From an uncultured Planctomycetales bacterium (GTDB lineage Bacteria; Omnitrophota; Gorgyraeia; Zapsychrales; JANLHA01): a DNA stretch of 64,000 nt. The stretch covers positions 21,348-85,347 of the forward strand of contig CAYYRJ010000003.1 in NCBI GenBank assembly GCA_964474085.1, written 5' to 3'. Every line of letters begins with the position of its first letter. The stretch's first letter is position 1. The translations under genes were made by a program, and so were the position numbers. The notes below the pieces were generated by a model, which worked only from the letters and a program-made list of their open reading frames with translations, was not told the origin of the DNA and ran no database searches. Shown here in pieces: positions 44,644 through 53,693 of this stretch.

Positions 44644-45954
44644 TTATTTATCTGCTAGTTTGCGAATTGTCGGATAAGGGTAAATTCCAGACGAATGACC
44701 GTCATTCCAATTGATCCCGATAGCATAATTGCCCAAGGCCAGGCAGGCATTGGGTGCAATATTTTCCGCGACGTTCTCTTCTTTTAGAATCAACTCCCCT
44801 GTCATTTCATTGACGCATAAAGCACAACGACAGCTTAAACGCAGGTCACGGTTTTTGACTTTTATTTCTTCCCCGTCGGGCCATTTGAGAAAAGTATGTG
44901 TAGCATCAAAGCGGATGATGGGGACCTGTTTTTGCAAAATGCTCATTTTGCCCAGAGCGCGCATCGTGTTGTCAACGGCGGTCATAATAAACTCATTGGC
45001 TAGCGGCCCAAATATCTTTTTTGTAAATTGAGCTAAAAGTGGAACTTCTGCAAGTATTTCAAGCCCAAAACGATCTTTGAGCGATTGTTCGGCGCTGCCG
45101 CCGAAAATATAGTGTTTTTTAGAACAATTATCACAGACAAAATAAGACATGTTCTCGATAATACCCAAAATTGGCACATTGACTTTTTCAAACATGAGAA
45201 TTCCGCGCGCCACATCAACGAGCGAAAGGGTTTGGCGGGTCGTGACAATGACCGCTCCACTTAAGGCAATGGTTTGTGTAATCGTCAGCTGAATATCTCC
45301 TGTTCCCGGCGGCATGTCGATAAAAAGATAATCCAGTTCTCCCCAGGCGGTGGCGTGCAAAATTTGCTGGACGTATTGGGTGACCATCGGCCCGCGCATG
45401 ACAGCAGGTTGCTCGCCGAGTAAAAAACCAAAAGACATGATTTTTAAATTATGAAATTCTACTGGGATAAATTGACGTTTTTCATTTGTAAAAATTTCAA
45501 CATGATGCAGATCAAACAAGGCCGGTAGGGATGGCCCGTGAATGTCCGTATCCACAAGGCCGACTTTGTATCCTCGTTGGGAAAGCTCCAGGGCCATGTA
45601 AGCGGCCATGGTGGACTTCCCAACGCCCCCTTTGCACGAAGAAACAGCAATAATAGATTTGACATCTTTGAGAGTAGATTCATTAGCTTGGACGCTGGAG
45701 GCAGTTTTTCGTGCGAGCGTCGTCATTTTGACGGTCACGGTTTTAACACCATCCAAATTTTTTATAAGTGTTTCTGCCTGCTTTTGAAACTCATCCTTGA
45801 CCGGACATGCGGGTGTCGTCAGAGCAATATCAAAAGAAACATCGCCGCCACTTATTTTGATATTTTGAATAAATCCTAAACTGACAATGTCGCGATTAAA
45901 ATCAGGGTCGATGATTTTGGATAAGGCTTTGAGTATTTCGCTTTCGGAAAGCAT
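44644..45954 (-). CDS. Mrp/NBP35 (ApbC) family Fe-S cluster carrier ATPase with N-terminal DUF59 and C-terminal DUF971-like domain
   Basis: IAVSSCKGGVGKSTMAAYMALEL deviant Walker A, CxxC (CDNC), N-terminal MIP18/DUF59 block. Confidence 0.8.
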   Translation of the reverse strand: MLSESEILKALSKIIDPDFNRDIVSLGFIQNIKISGGDVSFDIALTTPACPVKDEFQKQAETLIKNLDGVKTVTVKMTTLARKTASSVQANESTLKDVKSIIAVSSCKGGVGKSTMAAYMALELSQRGYKVGLVDTDIHGPSLPALFDLHHVEIFTNEKRQFIPVEFHNLKIMSFGFLLGEQPAVMRGPMVTQYVQQILHATAWGELDYLFIDMPPGTGDIQLTITQTIALSGAVIVTTRQTLSLVDVARGILMFEKVNVPILGIIENMSYFVCDNCSKKHYIFGGSAEQSLKDRFGLEILAEVPLLAQFTKKIFGPLANEFIMTAVDNTMRALGKMSILQKQVPIIRFDATHTFLKWPDGEEIKVKNRDLRLSCRCALCVNEMTGELILKEENVAENIAPNACLALGNYAIGINWNDGHSSGIYPYPTIRKLADK

Positions 45955-46128
45955 AAGAATTTTTGTCCTTTGGTAAAAGTTTGCCTAAGCTTAAATGATT
46001 TATAGGATATATTCAAGTACTTTGTATAGGCTTGTTTCTCGAAGAGAAAGTCGCGAAAAATCGCTTGCATTTTAAAGTCAGTTTAGTTAATATTAAGCTC
46101 ATATTTTTACCGGACGCGCTTACATTTT

Positions 46129-47859
46129 ATGAAAACAAAACCTAAACAATCCAAACCACTTACCGGCGGCGAAGCATTGATCAAATGCTTGGAGTCCTAC
46201 GGTGTGGAGTATATTTTTGGCCTTTCGGGCGGCGCTGCCATCCCTATTTTTGACGCTTTGGTTGGATCAAAAATTAAGTTGATTTTGACCCGCCATGAAC
46301 AAGGGGCGACGCATATGGCCGACGGTTATGCGCGGGCGACGGGCAAGCCGGGTGTTGTGCTTGTGACCAGCGGGCCGGGAGCAACCAATACTGTGACCGG
46401 AATTTTGACCGCGATGATGGACTCGGTGCCGATGATTGTTTTGACTGGGCAGACGATTCGCTCGATGCTTGGAAAAGATGCCTTTCAGGAAGCGGATATC
46501 GCCGGGATTACAATGCCTATTGTCAAACACAGCTATCTTGTGAAAGATACCAATGACATCCCCCGCGTGATCAAGGAAGCGTTTCATATTACCAATACCG
46601 GCCGGCCGGGACCTGTGCTCATTGATCTGCCCAAAGATGTCACTTCAGGACCTTTTACGGGTGACTCGTTGGATCCGGCAATGGATATTCCGGGATACAA
46701 AATTCCGTCTAGGCCAAACGCTGCGGATATTAAAAAATTTGCAAAGTTGTTTAAAGGTTCCAAAAAACCTTTACTTTTAATTGGTCATGGGGCCGTGATT
46801 TCACATGCCAGCAAAGCCGTGCGCGCTTTAGCCGAAAAATTAAACGCGCCGGTGACCAATACGCTTTTAGGCAAAGGCGCTTTTCCCGAGACCCATCCCT
46901 TATCTCTTGGCATGATCGGAATGCACGGGACGGCGTATTCGAACAAAGCTTTGGTCAGTTGCGATTTGATTTGTTCGATCGGTTCGCGCTGGGATGATCG
47001 GATTAACGGGAATAATGATGAATTTTGTATTGGCGCCAAGAAGTTGCACATTGACATTGATCCGGCAGAAATTGGAAAGATCGTTAAGCCGGATGCAAGT
47101 TTGATTGGCGATGCTCGCCAGATCGTCGAGGAATTATTAAAACATGTCGAAGCGCTTGATACCGCTGACTGGCTTAAGGAGCTTGACTACTACAAAAAAG
47201 AATTTCCCCTTAAATATAAGACCGACAATGGTCTGACTGCTCAGCATGTTTTGGATGAACTTTATAAAGTGACAAAAGGCAATGCGATTGTGACCACCGA
47301 CGTCGGCCAGCATCAGATGTGGGCGGCACAGTTTTATTTGACGAATGACGGCGATAAATGGATCTCTTCCGGTGGAGCGGGAACGATGGGTTATGGTTTT
47401 CCGGCGGCTATTGGTGCGCAATTTGGCAAACCGAATGATGTGGTTGTTGCTGTTGTCGGCGACGGTGGTTTTCAGATGACGCTTTGTGAACTGGCAACCA
47501 TTTTTATCCATAAGTTGCCGGTCAAAATTTTAGTTATCGATAATAAGTATCTTGGCATGGTGCGCCAATGGCAGGAACTTTTCTTTGATAACCGTTATTC
47601 GGGCGTGGATTTGGAAGGCAACCCAGATTTTGTGAAATTAGCAGAAGCTTATGGCGTTAAGGGTTTTCATATTGATAAAGCAGAGAATGTGACCGATGTT
47701 TTGATTCAAGCGTTTGCATATAATGGTCCTGCGCTTATTCATGCAGAAGTCATCAAAGAAGGCAATGTGTTTCCGATGGTTCCGGCGGGCAAAAGCGCCT
47801 ATCACATGATCATCGAAGCTCCGACGACAAAATTGGAAAAACCAACCGGAAGCACTTAA
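46129..47859 (+). CDS. ilvB: acetolactate synthase large subunit
   Basis: TGGEALIKCLESYGVEYIFGLSGGAAIPIFDAL TPP-enzyme N-terminus, GDGGFQM TPP motif; 576 aa. Confidence 0.85.
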   Translation: MKTKPKQSKPLTGGEALIKCLESYGVEYIFGLSGGAAIPIFDALVGSKIKLILTRHEQGATHMADGYARATGKPGVVLVTSGPGATNTVTGILTAMMDSVPMIVLTGQTIRSMLGKDAFQEADIAGITMPIVKHSYLVKDTNDIPRVIKEAFHITNTGRPGPVLIDLPKDVTSGPFTGDSLDPAMDIPGYKIPSRPNAADIKKFAKLFKGSKKPLLLIGHGAVISHASKAVRALAEKLNAPVTNTLLGKGAFPETHPLSLGMIGMHGTAYSNKALVSCDLICSIGSRWDDRINGNNDEFCIGAKKLHIDIDPAEIGKIVKPDASLIGDARQIVEELLKHVEALDTADWLKELDYYKKEFPLKYKTDNGLTAQHVLDELYKVTKGNAIVTTDVGQHQMWAAQFYLTNDGDKWISSGGAGTMGYGFPAAIGAQFGKPNDVVVAVVGDGGFQMTLCELATIFIHKLPVKILVIDNKYLGMVRQWQELFFDNRYSGVDLEGNPDFVKLAEAYGVKGFHIDKAENVTDVLIQAFAYNGPALIHAEVIKEGNVFPMVPAGKSAYHMIIEAPTTKLEKPTGST

Positions 47860-47872
47860 TGAAATTTCAACG

Positions 47873-47952
47873 CCCGGGTGGCGCGCAGGGGAGTCCTCTA
47901 CTCGCCCGCAGCAGTAGCGAGGACGAGTAGAGTCCCGCAGCGACAGGACCCG
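47873..47952. repeat. GC-rich nested inverted repeats in ilvB-ilvN spacer (structured element)
   Basis: cccgggtg...cctctactcg cccgcagcagtagcgagg acgagtagag...acccgg; about 65% GC in an AT-rich context. Confidence 0.45.
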
Positions 47953-47992
47953 GAAAGCCAGATAATTAAATATCACCGCTTTAAGGTAAAAC

Positions 47993-48505
47993 ATGACAAA
48001 TATAATAAATCCTAAAAAAAATATTCACACCATCAGTTTGCTCGTGGCCAACAAGCCGGGCGTCTTGGTGCGCATTGCCCTGGTGTTTGCACGGCGCAAT
48101 TATAATATTGATTCCTTGGTCGTCTCCCCTTCTTTTAACGCGAAGTTTTCGCGCATGACTATTACCGCTCAAGGCGATCCGCAGACACTCGAACAGATTA
48201 TCAAGCAGGCCAATAAGCTCATTGATGTTATTCACGCCAGTGAACACAATGACACGGATGCTGTGCATAATGAATTGGCTCTGATGAAGATCAAAGTGAC
48301 ACCGGCCAATAAGCCCGTTATCTTAAAACTTCTCAAGAAATTTAACACTTCCGTTATAGATACGACGGGAAATATCCTTATTATTTCTCAGGCTGGCACA
48401 ACCACAGAGCTTGATGAGCTCGAAGCTTCCCTCAAAAAATACCACCTTATCGAAATTGTTCGCACTGGCAAAGTTGCCATGGCTCGCGGCCATGATGAGA
48501 CCTAA
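47993..48505 (+). CDS. ilvN: acetolactate synthase small (regulatory) subunit
   Basis: HTISLLVANKPGVLVRIALVFARRNYNIDSLVV ACT-domain N-terminus typical of IlvN/IlvH; 170 aa. Confidence 0.8.
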   Translation: MTNIINPKKNIHTISLLVANKPGVLVRIALVFARRNYNIDSLVVSPSFNAKFSRMTITAQGDPQTLEQIIKQANKLIDVIHASEHNDTDAVHNELALMKIKVTPANKPVILKLLKKFNTSVIDTTGNILIISQAGTTTELDELEASLKKYHLIEIVRTGKVAMARGHDET

Positions 48506-48509
48506 AGAC

Positions 48510-48660
48510 TTCCTCGTTTGGCGATCTGCTTTGTTGCAGACTTCGGTGCTCGCTTAACATTAAAATTTGTTATGTCAGACGATTTAGGAAGTCCTTTTTA
48601 AGGCGAATAGCGTCATAGAGACGCCAAACAGTTGAGCCGAAAAAGGACTTCCTAAATTGT
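48510..48660. repeat. about 150 bp structured intergenic element between convergent ilvN and the 136 aa gene; contains a perfect 15 bp inverted repeat (taggaagtccttttt / aaaaaggacttccta) with nested hairpins
   Basis: Arms at 48585-48599 and 48641-48655; inner hairpin ggcg-aatagcgtcatagaga-cgcc; alternative pairing cgtttggcg (48516) with cgccaaacag (48620). Confidence 0.5.
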
Positions 48661-48691
48661 CTAAACTTCATACTGCGTTTTTTATTATTTT

Positions 48692-49102
48692 TTATCGCTT
48701 AAGATTGCAGGGCAGGATTTGTGGCATTTCCTTAGGGGGCAGGACAATTTCGGCGATTTCAATACCGGCTTCATTCTCAGTAATGGAAGTAATTTGACAG
48801 CGCTCAAAATCAATCCCTTCCCTTGCCTGTCCTAAATACTGGACAATCGCCGCGCGCAGCGCATCGAATTCCAAATACAGAATAAATTTTGACTCTTCAT
48901 CGGTAAGTTTAAGATCCGCAAGCAGACTAAGGTAGGAAATTTCGAGGATTTGATCCAGGGTTTTGCCTTTTAAATATTTGCAAAATTCTGTTTCGGCTGC
49001 AATCTCACGCCCGCAGGTGATTTTTGCAAACTCAAAAGAGACAAACCTCTCCTGATGGTCAAGTTTTATAAAAATACTAGAAGAGGAATCATTGCAAGGC
49101 AT
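48692..49102 (-). CDS. hypothetical 136 aa cytoplasmic protein, last gene of the OMT-E1-nitroreductase operon
   Basis: No signal peptide or recognisable motif; 8 nt downstream of the nitroreductase-like gene. Confidence 0.35.
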   Translation of the reverse strand: MPCNDSSSSIFIKLDHQERFVSFEFAKITCGREIAAETEFCKYLKGKTLDQILEISYLSLLADLKLTDEESKFILYLEFDALRAAIVQYLGQAREGIDFERCQITSITENEAGIEIAEIVLPPKEMPQILPCNLKR

Positions 49103-49109
49103 GGGTATT

Positions 49110-50177
49110 CTAAAAAGTATTTTGGCTTTTGGATAAAAGCAGTTGCGAAACAGAATGACGTTTGGATCGGCATGAAAGTGGGTGGATCGGATAACCCAAA
49201 CGCAAAAATATTCCTGGTTTATAGATGTCAGTTTGTAATTTTAGGAACTTTTGATAAACATCGTTAACAAGATTTTGATGCGGTAGGCTATACACATCAG
49301 GCGTTAAATGACAATCAAATGAAATCAACGAGTGCCCAAATGGTTGGCAGGATAAGCCTCTTTGTGTAATCTCAAGCCATATTTCTTGTAGGCATCTTCC
49401 AAGATCAAACCAAGACCAGTTATTGTATGTGCTCGTCGATATATAGATAAGTCCGCTTGAATTTTCAAGAAGCCGCTTACATCCTAAATATGTAAAAATA
49501 CGTTCAACGCCAATCCAGAAAATAAATCGCAAAAACGGAAATATCGTCAGCGCCCGGAGTGTGACTTCTCCAACCCAGGGTATCTCAAGACTATTGGCAG
49601 CGACCCCGGCATTATTACCGTCTTTGTTAAAGTGTAAGGCGCGCATAAAATGTTGATAATGATATTCATTTTGGTAACGAATCACATCGAGTCTTGAAAT
49701 AAGAGTGGCGATATCAGAAAAATCAGATGTGAATAAATTTAGATTTAAGTCTTTATATTTTTGCACAATTTTCTTTATGGGGTCTAAATCACTTTCCGTT
49801 AACGATTTTTTTTGAAAAATTCCCCGTCGGGTCTGTCGCTTGCATATCAATGATGCCCAAGGTGTTTTGTCGACGAACGACGACTTTGTCAGTACTACTG
49901 AAAAGCCGTTGTCTTCTATGGGGAGAATCGTGTCAAGATCGTATCCATCGCTGCGAGCAATAGAAGTAAGGTTTTGGCAAAAGCAGCCCAAGGCGAAGGT
50001 GTTTAGAGCAATGTCCAGTTTTCGTGCGCTATGGAATTTGGGATTGATTGCTAAACGGAACGTGATTTTTGAATGGGTCTGGATTTCCCAGTCGATGGTC
50101 CAAGGCTGAAGATTATCAGCAGACGGTGCCCAGCGTGCGATTTCTAACCAGTTTATAATGAGCTTGCTAGACGGCAA
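49110..50177 (-). CDS. double nitroreductase-fold (SagB/McbC-like dehydrogenase-like) protein
   Basis: N-terminal WAPSADNLQPW and CKRQTRRGIF nitroreductase signatures; 355 aa (about 2x a single nitroreductase domain); paralogous to the C-terminal half of the 35692-37659 fusion. Confidence 0.55.
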   Translation of the reverse strand: MPSSKLIINWLEIARWAPSADNLQPWTIDWEIQTHSKITFRLAINPKFHSARKLDIALNTFALGCFCQNLTSIARSDGYDLDTILPIEDNGFSVVLTKSSFVDKTPWASLICKRQTRRGIFQKKSLTESDLDPIKKIVQKYKDLNLNLFTSDFSDIATLISRLDVIRYQNEYHYQHFMRALHFNKDGNNAGVAANSLEIPWVGEVTLRALTIFPFLRFIFWIGVERIFTYLGCKRLLENSSGLIYISTSTYNNWSWFDLGRCLQEIWLEITQRGLSCQPFGHSLISFDCHLTPDVYSLPHQNLVNDVYQKFLKLQTDIYKPGIFLRLGYPIHPLSCRSKRHSVSQLLLSKSQNTF

Positions 50178-50185
50178 CGAACACC

Positions 50186-51073
50186 TTATTTCGTTTTATT
50201 GTACGCAGTTAAAGCCAGTTGACGTTTTAGCTGTTGAAGTGGATTGCGATTGCCCCAAAGGAGAAATTTTCGCGCTATTCTTCTTTGTGCAGCGTCAAAT
50301 TGAAAATACCGAGGGGCGAGGAATGGTTTTCCTCTCTTTGTCAGAATTTGCATTGCTTCAATGCACGCTACTCCCGCGCAAAGCTCAATGGCAGGCGCTA
50401 ATGAGGGCCCTTGTTTTTTTTCAAAATCAACATACTTCATATCAATTTGTCCGATGTGCAAAAGCGCCGGACAGGTTCCAATTATAAAAGCAACAATTTC
50501 CTCTTGGGAAGTTTTGCAATTTTTAAAATCAAAATAGTCTTCATAGCTCATAGAACCTGGTCCAAAAACATGAAGTGTGGTTGTTAAACCAATTGGGCCT
50601 GATGCAACAGCATAAATTCTTTTAGCGTGGCAGGCGTTGTGCAATGCTCTGCGTGGCGAAATTGCAAAAGCGTCGATCCCATCCATTGCCAGATCGACAG
50701 AATCAAGAAATTCATCTAAGTTTTTTTCATTGATTCCTTCATCAAATGTTTTTATTTGAGCAAAAGGATTAATGTCGCGGATCATTTCAGCAATAACATC
50801 CGTCTTGGGTCGATTCAAATTTGAAATGCTGGCTCCTCTTTGCCGATTAAAGTTTACGGGTTCAAAACGATCAAGATCTGCCAAGTGAAAGTGGCCTACA
50901 CCCATTCGTGCTAAAGTTAACGCATGGGCTCCTCCGACTCCGCCGAGACCAGCGATAGCCACACGTGATCGGCCAAGAATTTCCTGTTCGTGCTCAGAAA
51001 GAATCCCTAAATTTCTGGAGAATAGGTTCTGATAAGTTGCTTGAACCTTGGAATTAGAAAAGTTATCGGTCAT
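50186..51073 (-). CDS. E1-like adenylyltransferase, ThiF/MoeB superfamily (TcdA/CsdL-like, no CxxC zinc motif)
   Basis: RVAIAGLGGVGGAHALTLARMGVGHFHLADLDRFEPVNFNRQ; DGIDAF...ASGPIG pattern resembles TcdA-type E1; paralogous to the N-terminus of the fusion protein. Confidence 0.6.
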   Translation of the reverse strand: MTDNFSNSKVQATYQNLFSRNLGILSEHEQEILGRSRVAIAGLGGVGGAHALTLARMGVGHFHLADLDRFEPVNFNRQRGASISNLNRPKTDVIAEMIRDINPFAQIKTFDEGINEKNLDEFLDSVDLAMDGIDAFAISPRRALHNACHAKRIYAVASGPIGLTTTLHVFGPGSMSYEDYFDFKNCKTSQEEIVAFIIGTCPALLHIGQIDMKYVDFEKKQGPSLAPAIELCAGVACIEAMQILTKRGKPFLAPRYFQFDAAQRRIARKFLLWGNRNPLQQLKRQLALTAYNKTK

Positions 51074-52137
51074 TACTTGATTCCAACAATGATGCCGTGA
51101 TCAAAGCCAAGTTCATATTTTTTAACACTGCTAAAGCCAGCTTCAAGGATCCACTCTTGGTATTCGTTCCATGTATAGAGCATACCAAGTCCTGTTGCAA
51201 TGCTTAAGAAATACGGGGAGCCTATGGCTGCGCTCAAAGGTCCTGTTTCATCGTTATTTTGCATCATATTGAAAATAATCACTTGTCCGCCGCGCGGAAG
51301 GGCTGAAAAACATTTTTTGAGCAGCTCACTATCTTTTTCTTTGCCCCAAATCGTAAAAAAGTGGCAAAACATGATTGCGGAAGCATCTTGCGGAAATGGA
51401 TCATTAAAACAATTTCCCGCTACGGCAAAGACCCGGTCGGACATGCCATTTTGCCGAATGTTTTCTTTTGCGATTTCACAGACAGACGGAGAATCAAAAA
51501 CTGTTGCATGCAAGTGCGGCCATTTCTTTGCAATTGCCATGGCATTTGTCCCATTGCCTCCTCCAACATCAACCAAATGCTTTACTTTGGATAGATCTAG
51601 CCGATCTTTTAATTGGGAATTTGCATAAACGGAAATTTCTTCCATCGCCTCTTGAAAAATCTTTTCGGTTTCAGGATCGTAAGCCAGTCTTTGATAAAGC
51701 GTTGGCTCAGTGCCTTTAAACTCACGAAGACCGACATTCGTATTTTGTTGAACAGACTCGAGTAACCAATAAACTCCCTTGTACATCACCCGATGCTGAA
51801 GCTCAACATAGGCAGTGATTTTATAAGGACTCGATTTAAGCAAGAATAAACTGGCAAAATAAGTAATCGAATAGCGATTAGCAGATTTTTTAAGAAAACC
51901 ACAAGAACAAAGGCCTAATAAAATTATCCGAATAGGCTGTTCCTGAAGTTTTAACTTTTCAGCAATCTCTTTTAGAGTTAAGGGGCCTTCTGTGTGCAGG
52001 AGATTAAAAATATTTAACTGGATTGCCGTGCGAAGAGTTTGAAACAAAATATGGCCGCCAAAAACAAGAGCTCCGCGTTCAAAATCTTTTCGTAAAACAA
52101 TTTTTGTGATCACATATTTCAATAATTTTTTTAACAT
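51073..52137 (-). CDS. class I SAM-dependent O-methyltransferase (Methyltransf_2 / COMT-like with N-terminal dimerisation domain)
   Basis: VDVGGGNGTNAMAIAKKWPHLHATVFDSP SAM-binding motif I and downstream blocks typical of plant/bacterial small-molecule O-MTases; 354 aa; stop overlaps E1 gene start. Confidence 0.65.
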   Translation of the reverse strand: MLKKLLKYVITKIVLRKDFERGALVFGGHILFQTLRTAIQLNIFNLLHTEGPLTLKEIAEKLKLQEQPIRIILLGLCSCGFLKKSANRYSITYFASLFLLKSSPYKITAYVELQHRVMYKGVYWLLESVQQNTNVGLREFKGTEPTLYQRLAYDPETEKIFQEAMEEISVYANSQLKDRLDLSKVKHLVDVGGGNGTNAMAIAKKWPHLHATVFDSPSVCEIAKENIRQNGMSDRVFAVAGNCFNDPFPQDASAIMFCHFFTIWGKEKDSELLKKCFSALPRGGQVIIFNMMQNNDETGPLSAAIGSPYFLSIATGLGMLYTWNEYQEWILEAGFSSVKKYELGFDHGIIVGIK

Positions 52138-52281
52138 AATCTTCTTCCTTTATTTGGTTGTAGAATTTAAATATTAAGCCACTTTATATTGATTATTTAA
52201 GAATCAATATACAAAGCAAGCATAACATTAAATTTAAAGAAGACCTTTAGAATTATTAAAAATATTTAAAACTTGGAAGTT

Positions 52282-53343
52282 TTACCATTCCAGCGCGCCG
52301 CCGGTTTGATACTCGGTTACGCGGGTTTCAAAAAAGTTCTTCTCTTTTTTAAGGTCAATGACTTCGCTCATCCACGGAAATGGATTTTCGCTGCCATATT
52401 GTTCCGGCAGACCAAGGCGGCTAAAACGCCGGTCGGCGATATATTGAACATATTCCTTAAGAAGAGCAGGATTTAAACCTAAAATGCCGTCTTTAACGCA
52501 GTCTTCACAGTAGCGGTGTTCGAGTTCGACGGCATTTTTAATAAACGTAATGATCTCACCTTCAAATGCCTTGTCCCAGACATTGGGATTTTCTTCGCGG
52601 ATGGTGTTGATCAGGTCAATTCCAAAATTCATGTGAATGCTTTCGTCTCGCAAAATATACTGGATTTGTTCGCAGGTCCCCGGAATGCGGTTCTGCCGTC
52701 CAAAGGAAAGCATCGTCACAAACCCGCCATAAAAGAAAATGCCTTCGGTGATAACGTAAAGGCCCACCATGTTTTTAAGCAGGGTTTGTAAACCTTCTTT
52801 TGTGTGCGTGTCAAGGTTGGGATCAAGAACACTGTTTGTGCAACTCATCGCATATTGGTCCTTATCAAAGATTGTTTCGACTTCGCGGTACATATTAAAC
52901 ATTTCACCCTCGTCGAGAGAAAGCGACTGCACGATATACTGAAAAGCGTGAATGTGAATGGCCTCTTCAAAGGCTTGCCGCAGCAAATATTGGCGGCATT
53001 CGGGATTATCGACACAGCGATAAACCGCCAAAACCAGATTGTTTCCGACGAGTGACTCGGCAGTTGCAAAAAATCCAAGCACGCGCTTAATGACTCGCCG
53101 TTCGCTGTCAGTAAACCCTTTGGGGTCTTTCCATTGTTCAATATCGCGCTGCATCGAGACTTCGGTTGGCATCCAGTGATTGGCACAGCCGTCGAGATAA
53201 TAGTTCCAGGCAAAACGGTATTTTATTGGGACAAGTTGGTTGCAATCGACGGTGCGGTCATTGTTAATAACTCTTTTTCTTTCAACAGTCATTCTTTCTT
53301 TGCTCATTGAAATGCTTAAATCGGACATAATCTTTTTCCTCAA
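52282..53343 (-). CDS. nrdB: ribonucleotide reductase class I beta (R2) subunit
   Basis: Ferritin-like diiron ligands in AESLVGNNL...EEAIHIHAF...[11 protein letters not shown]...RDESIHMNF. Confidence 0.85.
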   Translation of the reverse strand: MRKKIMSDLSISMSKERMTVERKRVINNDRTVDCNQLVPIKYRFAWNYYLDGCANHWMPTEVSMQRDIEQWKDPKGFTDSERRVIKRVLGFFATAESLVGNNLVLAVYRCVDNPECRQYLLRQAFEEAIHIHAFQYIVQSLSLDEGEMFNMYREVETIFDKDQYAMSCTNSVLDPNLDTHTKEGLQTLLKNMVGLYVITEGIFFYGGFVTMLSFGRQNRIPGTCEQIQYILRDESIHMNFGIDLINTIREENPNVWDKAFEGEIITFIKNAVELEHRYCEDCVKDGILGLNPALLKEYVQYIADRRFSRLGLPEQYGSENPFPWMSEVIDLKKEKNFFETRVTEYQTGGALEW

Positions 53344-53349
53344 AAAATT

Positions 53350-53550
53350 TTAAAGTTTGGATTTGTTTTTAGCCTTGGGTGCGGTGACGCCAAAAAGATT
53401 ATCTTGACAGCGACGGTTGATTTCCCGTTCGATGCCGCGGACAGAATAACGAAAAACACCTAACATCGCCCGCAACTGTTCGATATCAAGTTTTTGGAGT
53501 TCTTCGTCTTTGATATTTAATAATTTTTTTAAAGATTTTAGTTCAATCAT
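53350..53550 (-). CDS. small hypothetical protein between nrdA and nrdB
   Basis: 66 aa ORF, charged/helical, no family recognised. Confidence 0.25.
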   Translation of the reverse strand: MIELKSLKKLLNIKDEELQKLDIEQLRAMLGVFRYSVRGIEREINRRCQDNLFGVTAPKAKNKSKL

Positions 53551-53693
53551 AGATGTTCTCCGAGATTTTCGTCCCTGCTGATTCCCTTAGCTAAACGATT
53601 TATGTTGACCGCCTCGTCTGACGATAGCTTCCTCCCTGCTAATTCTCTCGCAGGATGCTCGAGAATTAATGCGCAGGGACTTCGGCTTGCCTT

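Noticed and set aside
35692-52137. Complete TOMM/azoline RiPP cluster (E1-like C, nitroreductase-like B, YcaO D)
   Set aside because: No YcaO-like ORF in the window and no obvious Cys/Ser/Thr-rich leader-core precursor adjacent to the split copy; reported instead as an atypical E1+nitroreductase core.
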